Source: Candidatus Brocadiia bacterium (GTDB taxonomy: Bacteria > Planctomycetota > Brocadiia > SM23-32). From it: 18,373 nucleotides of DNA. The position numbers and the translations under genes were made by a program. Location: positions 1-18,373 of the forward strand of contig JBKHIT010000079.1 in NCBI GenBank assembly GCA_046538485.1, given 5' to 3'. Of this stretch, positions 7,568 through 16,721 are shown one piece after another. Each line of letters begins with the position of its first letter. Position 1 is the first letter of the stretch. The notes beneath the pieces are model-generated. The model was given only the letters and a program-made list of their open reading frames with translations, was not told where the DNA came from and ran no database searches.

Positions 7568-8986
7568 TCAATCTGCTGAACCAATGGATTGGGGTTCAAT
7601 GTTAAGCTCAGGACAACGGTGCGCCGCAGCAAGTGGTGCGTCATCCCGCGTCTCCACCATTCTGTCGTAAAGCCACCGATGATGGCATGTGATTTTGTCC
7701 TGAGAAGCCGGGTCATCAACAAGGTTGTTCATCTCGTAGGGATCCTCCCTCAGATCGAAGAACTGCCAGGGCTGAAAGCCCGTCAGATCTCCGGCAACGG
7801 TGTACTTGTACCTCTCCGAACGAAAACCGCGGTAGCACCACTGATGCAACGGCGCAGGCGGCCGGATTTCTGAAACAAATTCCAGCATCACCCCGGGCCG
7901 GTCGAGGTTATGTCTTTCCCCGCGCATCAGAGGCGAAAGATCTGTGCCCGAAACCTCGTGCCCGGGCTGCAAGCCACAGAGCCCGAGGATCGTTGGGAAC
8001 AGATCTTCGGTCGCTACGGGATCGCGAACCACCCGCCCCGGTTCCAACCCCGGTCCCGCCCCGATGAGGGGAATACCACAGGACTCCTCGAACGGGTACT
8101 GTTTGGCCCGCAGAGAATGAGCGCCCAGCATCTCGCCGTGGTCAGAGGCGAACAGGACGATGGTGTTCCGCTGCAAGCCCTCCTCAGCCAGGTAATTCTG
8201 AAGCCGCCCCATATTGTGGTCCAGATTCTCGACCATCGCATAGTAAAGCTGACGCTGTCGAATTATCTTGTCGCGATCAAGGGATCCCCGTGATGAAGAA
8301 TCAGGATCCATCTGAGGTCGTTCTTCGTTCAAAAAGTTCGGGGGCAAATCGATATCAATTCCCAGCCATTTCTCCTCCAACTCCTTTGGGGCCTCGAACG
8401 GTGGATGTGGCGGCTCGACCGAGATGACGCACGCAAAGGGCTGTCCTTCACGGTGTTTGTCGGTGATCAGGTCCATCCCCAAATCGAAAAGGCCGTCGGT
8501 CTGATATCCCTCGAGCTTCCGTGGAGTCGGGTCGTCGTCAACGAAGTAATAGGTGTCGAAGGGCGAGTTACGCAGCTCAAATCCCCGCCAGTGTTTCCAG
8601 CGGCCCTGGAGGTGTGGGGGAACGGGCCTCACACCCTCCCGGCGAGCACCGTAGCCGGGCATGTGGTTCTGACCACCGCTCAAATGCCATTTACCCACGT
8701 ACATGGTTTCGTAGCCGGCTTCGTTGAATTCATCGGCCAGAGTCCGTTCGGCGGGAGACATTCGCCACTCAATGGCGGGTATCATGCGCGTGTGTGCGTA
8801 TTTTCCCGTCATCAAGGTGAATCGGAACGGAACGCAAACGGGATAGGTTGAACAGGCATTATCGAATCGTACGCCCTCACCGGCCATCCGGTCCAGATTC
8901 GGGGTCTCAATATTCGGATCACCATAGATGCTGAGCGCGTCACGGCGAAGTTGGTCACACAAAACTACAATGACATTAGGATTCAT
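7568..8986 (-). CDS. Cys-type S1 sulfatase
   Basis: PNVIVVLCDQLR, CVPFRFTLMTG, GKWHL, PPHPP, SDHGEMLGAH, DLREDPYEMNNL. Start overlaps the upstream stop (ATGA). Confidence 0.93.
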   Translation of the reverse strand: MNPNVIVVLCDQLRRDALSIYGDPNIETPNLDRMAGEGVRFDNACSTYPVCVPFRFTLMTGKYAHTRMIPAIEWRMSPAERTLADEFNEAGYETMYVGKWHLSGGQNHMPGYGARREGVRPVPPHLQGRWKHWRGFELRNSPFDTYYFVDDDPTPRKLEGYQTDGLFDLGMDLITDKHREGQPFACVISVEPPHPPFEAPKELEEKWLGIDIDLPPNFLNEERPQMDPDSSSRGSLDRDKIIRQRQLYYAMVENLDHNMGRLQNYLAEEGLQRNTIVLFASDHGEMLGAHSLRAKQYPFEESCGIPLIGAGPGLEPGRVVRDPVATEDLFPTILGLCGLQPGHEVSGTDLSPLMRGERHNLDRPGVMLEFVSEIRPPAPLHQWCYRGFRSERYKYTVAGDLTGFQPWQFFDLREDPYEMNNLVDDPASQDKITCHHRWLYDRMVETRDDAPLAAAHRCPELNIEPQSIGSAD

Positions 8987-9405
8987 TCTTCTGAGCTCCT
9001 CGAAAACGGTTCACTGGTGTCGTCACATTTTTGCCTCAGCTCTTCCAGCTTCTCACGCAAGTGTGGAATAACCCCGGTGTAATCCGGATCGCCATAGCGA
9101 TTCCGGAGTTCATACGGGTCTTTCTGGAGGTCATAGAGTTCCCAGCACTCCTCCGGGTCGCGCAGACCGGCCCGAACCATTCCGTAATAGTAAATAAGCT
9201 TGTATCTCTGTGTGCGGATACCGTAATGGCTGGGCCGTTCCGCGGGCTGTTTCTCCCTCCGGTGATGATAGTACATCGCATCACGCCAGTCCTCCGGAGC
9301 TATGTGCGGAGTCCAAATAAATGGGGACAGACGCGAGTTGTAGCAACCACATGCGGCGGAAGCGTGATCGTCGGCCATGAGAAACAGGATGTTCGGCCGT
9401 TTCAT
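8983..9405 (-). pseudogene. In-frame internally deleted sulfatase (140 aa), paralog of 4395-5831
   Basis: ATG 9405 with AGGAGG RBS. The first 35 aa align with paralog residues 1-35 and are fused directly to a match of paralog residues ~372-478. The CxPxR core is missing. Confidence 0.85.
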
Positions 9406-9430
9406 TCTGGTACCTCCTCTCGGGGAGAAA

Positions 9431-10768
9431 TCAGGGGCTATCAGTTTTCGATGCACTCTGTTTCAACTGCTCAATCCGGTCGTAAAAGGCGGGTGCGGCG
9501 ACGGGACCGTCCAGCAGGGGATCGTTCGTATCCCGCATCCATTCGTAGAGGCGCGCCTCCAGGTCCCGGCGCACGTCCGTGTATTCCGCATCCTCCGCCA
9601 CGTTCTCCATCTCCAGCGGGTCCTGCTGCAGATCGTACAGTTCGGCACCGGTGGAACAGCTCTGGCGTTCCTCCGAACGGAGGTGAAAATTCTCCTGATA
9701 CAGATCCCGGTTGTTCAGGCATCCCCGACCGAAATGCTCGTGCGTGATCGGTTCAAGATTGTAGATGAACTTGTAGCGCTGCGTACGTATGCACCGCATG
9801 GGATCGTATTCGGTGTGGTAGGTTTTCTCCCCGAATATCTCGGTTCGTTCGGCATGATCCGCGCCCGTCAGCAAAGGCCAGAAACTGCGGCCGTGGATAT
9901 TGTCCGGCACATCTGCCCCCGCCGCCTCCAGCATCGTCGGCGTCAGATCCACGTTGCTCAAAAGACAATCGTGCCGCTGCCCTCCTTCGATGCCGCGCGG
10001 GTAGCGCATGAGCAGAAGGGATTCCAAACCCGGATCATACAGGCTGGTCTTTGCCCGTGGCACTCCCAGACCGTGGTCGGTGGTGACCACCACGATGGTC
10101 TCCTCGCTGAGGCCTCTCCGGTCCAGAAACTCCAGCACCCGTCCCAGACCCCGGTCCCAGTGCCGCACGCATGCCTGATGCCGGGCCATGTGACGCCTTG
10201 TCTCCGGTCCCGGATTGAGATGTTCGGGAATGGTGACGCCATCCTGCTCCTCCGGCTCATAATCGTCCGCGTTGTGAACGGCCTTCGTGCCGATTTCAAC
10301 GAAAAATGGGCTGTCCGGCCGGTTGCGCGTGTTGAGCCAGTCGGACAATGCATCTCCCGCCTGAAGGGCATCTTTTTGCCCATGTCGGGATGCGTCGTCA
10401 AAGCCACATATCTCCACCTGTTCGGGGGGGCAGTTCCCGCCCAGCGCCTCGTGGGCGATGCCAATGAGGGCCGTCTCGTATCCGGCGGCACCGAGCAATC
10501 GGGCAAGATGTTGCTCGTCATCATTGAGCGTCCATCCGAACGGCCCTCCGGTCAGGCCGAGCACTCCCGTGCTGTGAGGATAACGTCCGGTGAACATGCT
10601 GGCACGGGACGGGCTGCACTGCGGGGCGGTGGCGAAATGGTTCTCGAACACGGCTCCCTCTTCGGCCACCCGGTTCATATTCGGGGTGTGGACCGTTTCG
10701 ACATCGTACGGTTCGATGAACCGGCCAGCGTCATGACCGATGTAAACGATGATATTTGGGGTTTTCAT
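9431..10768 (-). CDS. Cys-type S1 sulfatase, sulfamidase (SGSH)-like
   Basis: PNII...HDAG, CSPSRASMFTGRYPH, TTDHG...PRAK.SLYDPG, ELYDL..DP.E..N.A. Confidence 0.9.
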   Translation of the reverse strand: MKTPNIIVYIGHDAGRFIEPYDVETVHTPNMNRVAEEGAVFENHFATAPQCSPSRASMFTGRYPHSTGVLGLTGGPFGWTLNDDEQHLARLLGAAGYETALIGIAHEALGGNCPPEQVEICGFDDASRHGQKDALQAGDALSDWLNTRNRPDSPFFVEIGTKAVHNADDYEPEEQDGVTIPEHLNPGPETRRHMARHQACVRHWDRGLGRVLEFLDRRGLSEETIVVVTTDHGLGVPRAKTSLYDPGLESLLLMRYPRGIEGGQRHDCLLSNVDLTPTMLEAAGADVPDNIHGRSFWPLLTGADHAERTEIFGEKTYHTEYDPMRCIRTQRYKFIYNLEPITHEHFGRGCLNNRDLYQENFHLRSEERQSCSTGAELYDLQQDPLEMENVAEDAEYTDVRRDLEARLYEWMRDTNDPLLDGPVAAPAFYDRIEQLKQSASKTDSP

Positions 10769-10888
10769 GGCAATTTGACCTTCACGTTCTGTGGTTCAAA
10801 AGTTTTCCTGTGGCAATGGACCGTTATTGACATACGTCATACCCTTCACTTGGATAAATCCGCCCGAGGACCGACCGCGGGCCGGTTA

Positions 10889-12274
10889 TCAGGTCCGATG
10901 GTGAGCATACGGACTCGGGCTCAGTCGTTCCTCCAGACGCTCCCGTAATTCATCCACAACTGCGGGATTGTCCCGTTGCATCTGACTCAGACAATTACAA
11001 GTCTCCGCGGGGTCCTCCTTCAGGTCATACATCTCCTCCGCATCGTTGTAGTAACGCACCAGTTTGTAGCGGTCGGTGCGAATGCAGCGCCACTGCCGGA
11101 GCGTCGAAACGATGTTGGTTCGGTGGGGCTGAGACGGATCCGAAAGGCAATCCGTGAAGGAGAGGGCGTGCATATGCGGGAGCGATGACAAACCGGCCAG
11201 TTCACAGATCGTCGGGTTGATGTCAATCAGCTCGATCAGAGCGTCACATGTCCGTCCTTCCGGTATTTCCGGGCCGGCCGCAATGAGCGGCACACGAATG
11301 GATGGTTCAAACGGCTGCTTTTTCATCCACATCTCCAGGTCGCCCAGCATTTCTCCATGATCCGAGGTGAACATGATGTAGGTGTCTTCCAGCTCACCCC
11401 GCTCCTCGAGGACGTCCATGAGCTGCCCGACCTGCTCGTCAATCAGCTCGATGTAGGCGCAGTAGGCCCGCCGGGCCTGCTGGATTGCGGCCGGATCCGA
11501 GGGCCCGGTGCCCTGGTTGTGCTGGAAATAGTCCGACCGTTCATCCTCGGGAGCCGGTATCGGGTCCGGCATCGGCCTGTCGGCGTACCGGTCGAAATAC
11601 TCCCGCGGTGGATCGTGGGGAACGTGTGGACCGGAGAAGGAAACGAAAAGATGCCACGGATAAGCCCGAGGAAAATCCCTCAGCCATTCAACCGCCCGCT
11701 GCCCCTGGTAAACATCAAGAAACGTCTCGGCGGGCAGTTCGGACGGGCTGTACCACATTGATGAATCGCTGTGTCGCTCCTCGTAGTACTTCTGATACAG
11801 GCCTTTTTCTTTCAACATGGCTCCGTAGGAACCCCGGGGATAGGGTTTCCCCAGGGAGTGACCCTTCCCCTCGCTTTCCATCGGATCGGTGAATCCCCAC
11901 TGGAACAACCGGGGCCGCCTGCCATCCGGGCCGTTGTCGCTGTCGCTCTTGGCCAGATCCAATTTCCCGCTGCAGGCCACCCGGTACCCGACATCCCGCA
12001 GCCGCTGGTAGTACGTGGTCCGATCGGGAGGCAGAAAACGGTCATTCTCATCCGCCCCCGTTATCCCGGGATGCAAGCCGGTCGCCAGGCCAATACGGGC
12101 CGGGGCGCAGAGGGGGGAATTGGTGAAGCAGTTCGGAAAGTGGACGCCGCGTCGGGCCAACCGGTCCAGATTGGGAGTGTCGAGAAAATCGGCGCCGGCA
12201 CAGCCCATGTAGTCCCAGCGCTGCTGGTCGGTCATGATCAACAGAACATTCGGCTTTGATGATGAATCAGACAT
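10889..12274 (-). CDS. Cys-type S1 sulfatase (choline-sulfatase-like)
   Basis: KPNVLLIMTDQQRWD, CAPARIGLATG, GPHVPHD, TSDHGEMLGD. Start moved to ATG 12274 to avoid overlapping the upstream gene. Confidence 0.92.
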   Translation of the reverse strand: MSDSSSKPNVLLIMTDQQRWDYMGCAGADFLDTPNLDRLARRGVHFPNCFTNSPLCAPARIGLATGLHPGITGADENDRFLPPDRTTYYQRLRDVGYRVACSGKLDLAKSDSDNGPDGRRPRLFQWGFTDPMESEGKGHSLGKPYPRGSYGAMLKEKGLYQKYYEERHSDSSMWYSPSELPAETFLDVYQGQRAVEWLRDFPRAYPWHLFVSFSGPHVPHDPPREYFDRYADRPMPDPIPAPEDERSDYFQHNQGTGPSDPAAIQQARRAYCAYIELIDEQVGQLMDVLEERGELEDTYIMFTSDHGEMLGDLEMWMKKQPFEPSIRVPLIAAGPEIPEGRTCDALIELIDINPTICELAGLSSLPHMHALSFTDCLSDPSQPHRTNIVSTLRQWRCIRTDRYKLVRYYNDAEEMYDLKEDPAETCNCLSQMQRDNPAVVDELRERLEERLSPSPYAHHRT

Positions 12275-12314
12275 GGTATTTTCCCTGTAATATCGCCGTT
12301 GACTGAAAGTCTCG

Positions 12315-13586
12315 TTATCTCTTTCCGTCCATGAATCGATCAACTTCCTCGCGGACAATGTCCGTCCATTCGCGGATGCGCTTCGGTTCATTCCGGCACG
12401 TGTGGGTATCTTTCATGATGATTTCCACCACGCATCCTTCGGTTTGCCGGAGGAAATCGCGGACGTACTCACGCGCGTGATCCGGATCCCAACCTTCCCC
12501 CGCGATGATCGATGGATTCGGTTTCCAGGAGTAAATATATTTGTCCTGGAGCTCGGCCGCGCTTTGTTCGATGTCGGCCCACGGGCTGATGGACACACGA
12601 CGTATGCGCGGTATTTTTTTGACCATATCGAGCTTGTCATGGAGCGGTTCACAACAACCGTAGGAGTTAAGACCGCATTGACTGAGAAACCGCTTTTCGT
12701 GATGCAGAGTGAATTCTTCATGCATCCTGGGCGAGACGTCGGCGAATATCTGCGCCGCGGAAAAACCCCACATATCGCAAAGCCGCACGTGCTCACCGTC
12801 AAAGTCATCCTGAGGCAGCTCGCTCGTATATCCGGTTCCGCCCTGCGCCGGATTGTGATTACGGTTGTTCAGGGACAGAGCGTCCTGTTGTTCCAGCTGG
12901 GTAATCATCCCCACGAACCCATCCACAATTTTCTCCAGCCCACGGTGGACCAGATCCGGATTATCCACCACATCCATCAAAACGCGCCCATGTCCCCGCC
13001 ACCGTGCAAAAACATCCATCGGGGCGAGCTTGATGCCGGTGCGGCCCTCCATTTCAACATCCAGAATATCTCCAAATAAATCCTCGTACTGTTCATAGCG
13101 CCGCCGGCTGGTCTGTCGATCCACGGAGATTTCCGGCTTCTGAATCTTGTCCAGATCGCCTGCGTCCTCTATGACGCTTTCAAAACGGTCCGCCCCGGTG
13201 GGATCCTCCGATTGCCTGCACCGGGTCTCGATACCCCAACCCGTATTTCTGATAACCAGGGGACAGGCGATCCGCGGTTCGATGACCGTATCATCGTCAA
13301 TATTCTGGCGGTAATAGATCCGCTCGCGGAGATCACGCTCCAGGCCGCGAAGGGGGCAATCCTCGCTCGTTTGCAGCTCGCTTTCGGGGAGCAGTTCTCG
13401 CCAGGATCCCTGGGGCAGCGTCAGAATCATGGGACGTACGGCTTCCAGATCGTTATGTCGTCGCCAGAGTTCGGCCTTTTCGTTCTGCACCGGATCATGT
13501 CCGATCTCCGCCACTCTTTTGGCGAGTTCACGAAGAATACGTCTGTCATTCCGCGATATGTCAATGACGTGTTCTTCACTTCCCAT
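12315..13586 (-). CDS. Uroporphyrinogen decarboxylase/MtaA-CmuA-superfamily-like uncharacterised protein
   Basis: WRG...VLMD..DNP..VH, VSP.M.EEF, YGCCEPLH, RRVSISPW, KPNP; GGAGG RBS. 3-bp gap after the GH130 stop. Confidence 0.65.
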   Translation of the reverse strand: MGSEEHVIDISRNDRRILRELAKRVAEIGHDPVQNEKAELWRRHNDLEAVRPMILTLPQGSWRELLPESELQTSEDCPLRGLERDLRERIYYRQNIDDDTVIEPRIACPLVIRNTGWGIETRCRQSEDPTGADRFESVIEDAGDLDKIQKPEISVDRQTSRRRYEQYEDLFGDILDVEMEGRTGIKLAPMDVFARWRGHGRVLMDVVDNPDLVHRGLEKIVDGFVGMITQLEQQDALSLNNRNHNPAQGGTGYTSELPQDDFDGEHVRLCDMWGFSAAQIFADVSPRMHEEFTLHHEKRFLSQCGLNSYGCCEPLHDKLDMVKKIPRIRRVSISPWADIEQSAAELQDKYIYSWKPNPSIIAGEGWDPDHAREYVRDFLRQTEGCVVEIIMKDTHTCRNEPKRIREWTDIVREEVDRFMDGKR

Positions 13587-13589
13587 GGT

Positions 13590-14717
13590 CTACCAACCTC
13601 CCTTCCACTCCGTCCGGGCCACCGCGATAAACCGATCCCCGGTTCCGTAATACACAAGCCACCGGTCACCGAAGCGAATCAGACTGGAGACGAAGGTGGC
13701 CGGGGCGAGTTGGGCGTCCTGGATCTCGAATGGTTCCCGTGGACGCATGATCGGTTGGGTATTCCGCGCGAGCACCGCCGTCGGATCTTCCGGGTCCATC
13801 AGAACCTGGCCGACCGTATAATGGTTGTCATCCACGCTGGCATCGCCACCCGGCATCCGGTTCCATGCGTCGTAGATGAGCACGATACCGCCATCGGTCA
13901 GCACGGCCGGCGGGCCGGGTTCCACCAGGGCGTGATCGAACCGGCCCCGCCGGGGCGAGATAACGGGTTTCAATGATTTTTGGTCCGCAGGAGGTTCGTC
14001 CCCGGTGAACGGATGCATCGGGTAGTCCCGGTCATAGACCTGGCGGTCGCTCCGTCCCCACATCTCAACCGGTTCCCAGTTGATCAGGTCGGTGCTGGTG
14101 GCGGCGAACGTCGTGCCGGGCCGCAGCCAGTACATCCAGTATTGCCCCTGGATGCGCGCTGCGACGAGCCGTTCTCCTTCCACCCGACAGACGATCGAGC
14201 CGGCCTTGCAGAACTGGTTCTCCATCCCGGCTCCGGCAAAGGCACATCCGTGTTTCGTCCAGTTCCGCAGATCCTCCGACGTCGCCACCGCGAGCCGCGC
14301 CGTGTTGCCGTCAAACGCCGTGTAGGTCAAAACATACCGGCCGTTCTCATCCTCCACCAGTCGCGGATCTTCGCATCCGCCCTGCCACTCATACGCGGCC
14401 ATGCAATCGTCGTCGGGATAGAGCACGGGGTCATCATGCCGTTCAAAGTGGATGCCATCATTGCTGATGGCCAAACCCAGTCGCGACGTTCCCTCCGGCA
14501 CACCGACGTGATCCTCGGCCCGATAGAGCATGTAGACCCGGCCGTCACGGACAACGGCGGCGGGATTGAAGACATCCTTACCCTCCCACTGAACCTCCCG
14601 TTCTCCCAGCGGACACCGGAAGCGACTGGCAGGGCGCGGCCCGAGAATGGGATCGCCGATGCGTTCGGGGGGTGTTATGCCCCACGTGGATAAATTGTTT
14701 TCTGTGGTTGTTGGCAT
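13590..14717 (-). CDS. GH130 glycosidase, beta-1,2-mannosidase (hydrolase)-like
   Basis: WE.KDVFNPAAVVRDG.VYMLYRAED, GTSRLGLA.S.DGIHF, EW.GGCEDPR, LVEPGPP, YYGTGD. Start set at ATG 14717 (AGGAG upstream); the longer ORF runs into the IS-like relic. Confidence 0.88.
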   Translation of the reverse strand: MPTTTENNLSTWGITPPERIGDPILGPRPASRFRCPLGEREVQWEGKDVFNPAAVVRDGRVYMLYRAEDHVGVPEGTSRLGLAISNDGIHFERHDDPVLYPDDDCMAAYEWQGGCEDPRLVEDENGRYVLTYTAFDGNTARLAVATSEDLRNWTKHGCAFAGAGMENQFCKAGSIVCRVEGERLVAARIQGQYWMYWLRPGTTFAATSTDLINWEPVEMWGRSDRQVYDRDYPMHPFTGDEPPADQKSLKPVISPRRGRFDHALVEPGPPAVLTDGGIVLIYDAWNRMPGGDASVDDNHYTVGQVLMDPEDPTAVLARNTQPIMRPREPFEIQDAQLAPATFVSSLIRFGDRWLVYYGTGDRFIAVARTEWKGGW

Positions 14718-14736
14718 TGTTGGATAAACTCCTGGA

Positions 14737-15040
14737 GTCATAAAACCTTTGTGATTTTTGTATACCGGACTTATGTTCCAATTCAGTGGAAAAGCTGGAG
14801 GCCCCGGCGACCTTGTGTCGCCGGTGAACAAGATTGAGCGAGCTACAATGAGCAAACACTCAACCAGAACCCCCGGGGTCTCGTACCAGCGTGAATGAGG
14901 TTACCTGAGCACAGAGGAGGTCATGAAAAAGGTTCAATCCTCGCCCTGTGCACATATTCAGGGGCAGGTCAAATTATGTGCTGATGTGCCGTAGCAAAAC
15001 CAATCTTCTTCACCCACGGGATAAACCCGTGGGGGCCGGG
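14737..15040 (+). mobile_element. Probable non-autonomous IS200/IS605-like relic lacking tnpA
   Basis: Highly structured segment 14795-14889, GAGGAGG RBS plus 23-codon ORF, and a perfect hairpin CCCACGGG-ATAAA-CCCGTGGG (15013-15033). Antisense to the operon. Resembles IS200 leader and end architecture from memory; boundaries approximate. Confidence 0.5.
15013..15033. repeat. REP-like/IS200-end-like perfect hairpin
   Basis: 8-bp stem CCCACGGG/CCCGTGGG with a 5-nt loop. Confidence 0.8.
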
Positions 15041-15113
15041 GGTCTCCTTTATCTGGTAGCAAATATTATCAGTGAGCAGTCACGCATCGATTCTGTTCTG
15101 GGTGCATGGACAA

Positions 15114-16595
15114 TCACGGCAGTTCATCGGAGATATCCCGGGCCGGAAACGGCACCCAGCGCTGCTGGGCGGGCGGGGTCTGATCCATGACGTTGTGCAT
15201 GTAGCGGCGATGGGCCTCGAGCACCTCCGCATACTCCGGGTCACCGGCAAGATTGTTGACATCGAGCGGTTCTTCGTCGATCCGACACAGAAATTCCTCG
15301 GGTTCCCCGCTCAGGGATTCCGCCGGACGATACACGTATTTGAAGTCCTGGCTTTCCACCATCCGCCAGTGCGTATGTTCGGAAAAGGCCATGTCGCGGA
15401 TCTTTTCCGTTTCGCCGCGGATGATCGGCATCAGGGATCGGCACAGAACGTGATCGTTGTGCGCCGGGAAGGACTTCGACAGGGCATCCTGCGGATTCAG
15501 ACCGGCGGCGTCCAGAATCGTTGCCGTCAGGTCGGTCATTTCCACCGGCGTACTCACGCGCTTCCGGGATTGATAATCGGGATGGTAGATCGCCGTGGGC
15601 ACGCGGCTGGAAGGCCACTGGGGTCGGCTTTTGCCTTCCTGCTTCTCGTCGCCGAGCATTTCCCCATGATCCGAGGTGAACAGAATGATCGTTCTGTCCA
15701 GTCGACCACGTTCGCGAAGCGCTCCCATGATCCGTCCGACCTGATCATCGATAACGGCGACCTTGGCCACGTATCCGCGGCGCCATTCTTCCCAGCGCTT
15801 TCGCCACTCCTCGTCAACCTCTCCCACGCCGTCCAGCCGGGGGATGTCGCGATTGTCCGCCGATTCAAGCAACGCATCCGCCCGTTCAAGCATCTCCTCC
15901 GGGGCGTTCAGCGGTTTATGCGGGCCGCAGAACGATGCGTGCAGGAACATGGGAGCATCATCCGGAGCACTTTCAATCGCCTCCACGCATTGTTGTCCAA
16001 TCACAGAATCGGCCTGATGCTCGGGTTCAAACGGCCACGGGACCACCTCCGGCATCACCGCGTTGGGCATGTCGATATCGGAGAAGGTCTCGAGGTGGTC
16101 ACGGTAATCTTCCAGTATCCCATGCCGTTCCAGATGCCGGCACCAGAAGCAGTAATCGCGGTAGGCCAGTTCCTGACCCGACACATCCCAGAGATGGTCG
16201 AAACCGAAACGTTTGAGTTGATCGTTGTTCTCCACCAGATTGTGTCCCTGACCGCGCGGCGTTTTCGTTTTATCGAACGGCCATCCCTGCAGCCAATGGG
16301 TTTTCCCCACCAGCGACGTGTGATAGCCGGCGTTTTGTAGCGCCCGTGCATAGGTGGGATGTTGCAGATCCAGATCCCCGGCCATGGTCAACATGTTGAT
16401 CTGGTGCGTGTATTTCCCCGTGAGCAGGGCTGTGCGGGCCGGTGCACAGACGGGATTGGCGGACACGCACCGGTTGAAAACGCATCCATCGCCGAGAAAA
16501 TCCATATTCGGCGTTGGGATCTGTGAATTTTTCCCGAAACCGGTGTAATCAACGCGATGCTGGTCCGTTGTGATCAAGACGATGTCGTAGTTCAT
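15114..16595 (-). CDS. Cys-type S1 sulfatase
   Basis: IVLITTDQHR, CAPARTALLTG, GKTH, GPHKP, FTSDHGEMLGD. Confidence 0.92.
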   Translation of the reverse strand: MNYDIVLITTDQHRVDYTGFGKNSQIPTPNMDFLGDGCVFNRCVSANPVCAPARTALLTGKYTHQINMLTMAGDLDLQHPTYARALQNAGYHTSLVGKTHWLQGWPFDKTKTPRGQGHNLVENNDQLKRFGFDHLWDVSGQELAYRDYCFWCRHLERHGILEDYRDHLETFSDIDMPNAVMPEVVPWPFEPEHQADSVIGQQCVEAIESAPDDAPMFLHASFCGPHKPLNAPEEMLERADALLESADNRDIPRLDGVGEVDEEWRKRWEEWRRGYVAKVAVIDDQVGRIMGALRERGRLDRTIILFTSDHGEMLGDEKQEGKSRPQWPSSRVPTAIYHPDYQSRKRVSTPVEMTDLTATILDAAGLNPQDALSKSFPAHNDHVLCRSLMPIIRGETEKIRDMAFSEHTHWRMVESQDFKYVYRPAESLSGEPEEFLCRIDEEPLDVNNLAGDPEYAEVLEAHRRYMHNVMDQTPPAQQRWVPFPARDISDELP

Positions 16596-16721
16596 GAATC
16601 GGTTGTCCTGTGTGCTGAATGCCTACTGATAAGATGTTGTATGAGTATTCGATACAGTTCGAACGATGCGGCCTCCGTGCCGTTTGCCATTGGAATTCCA
16701 GTTCGGGCTGATACGAGTGGT

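Noticed and set aside
9377..10948. 523-aa plus-strand ORF
   Set aside because: Antisense shadow of the sulfamidase-like gene
14718..14855. N-terminal extension of GH130 in the ORF track
   Set aside because: Runs through the structured IS-like insert; ATG 14717 has an RBS and lies near the start of family similarity
15072..16340. 422-aa plus-strand ORF
   Set aside because: Antisense shadow of a sulfatase
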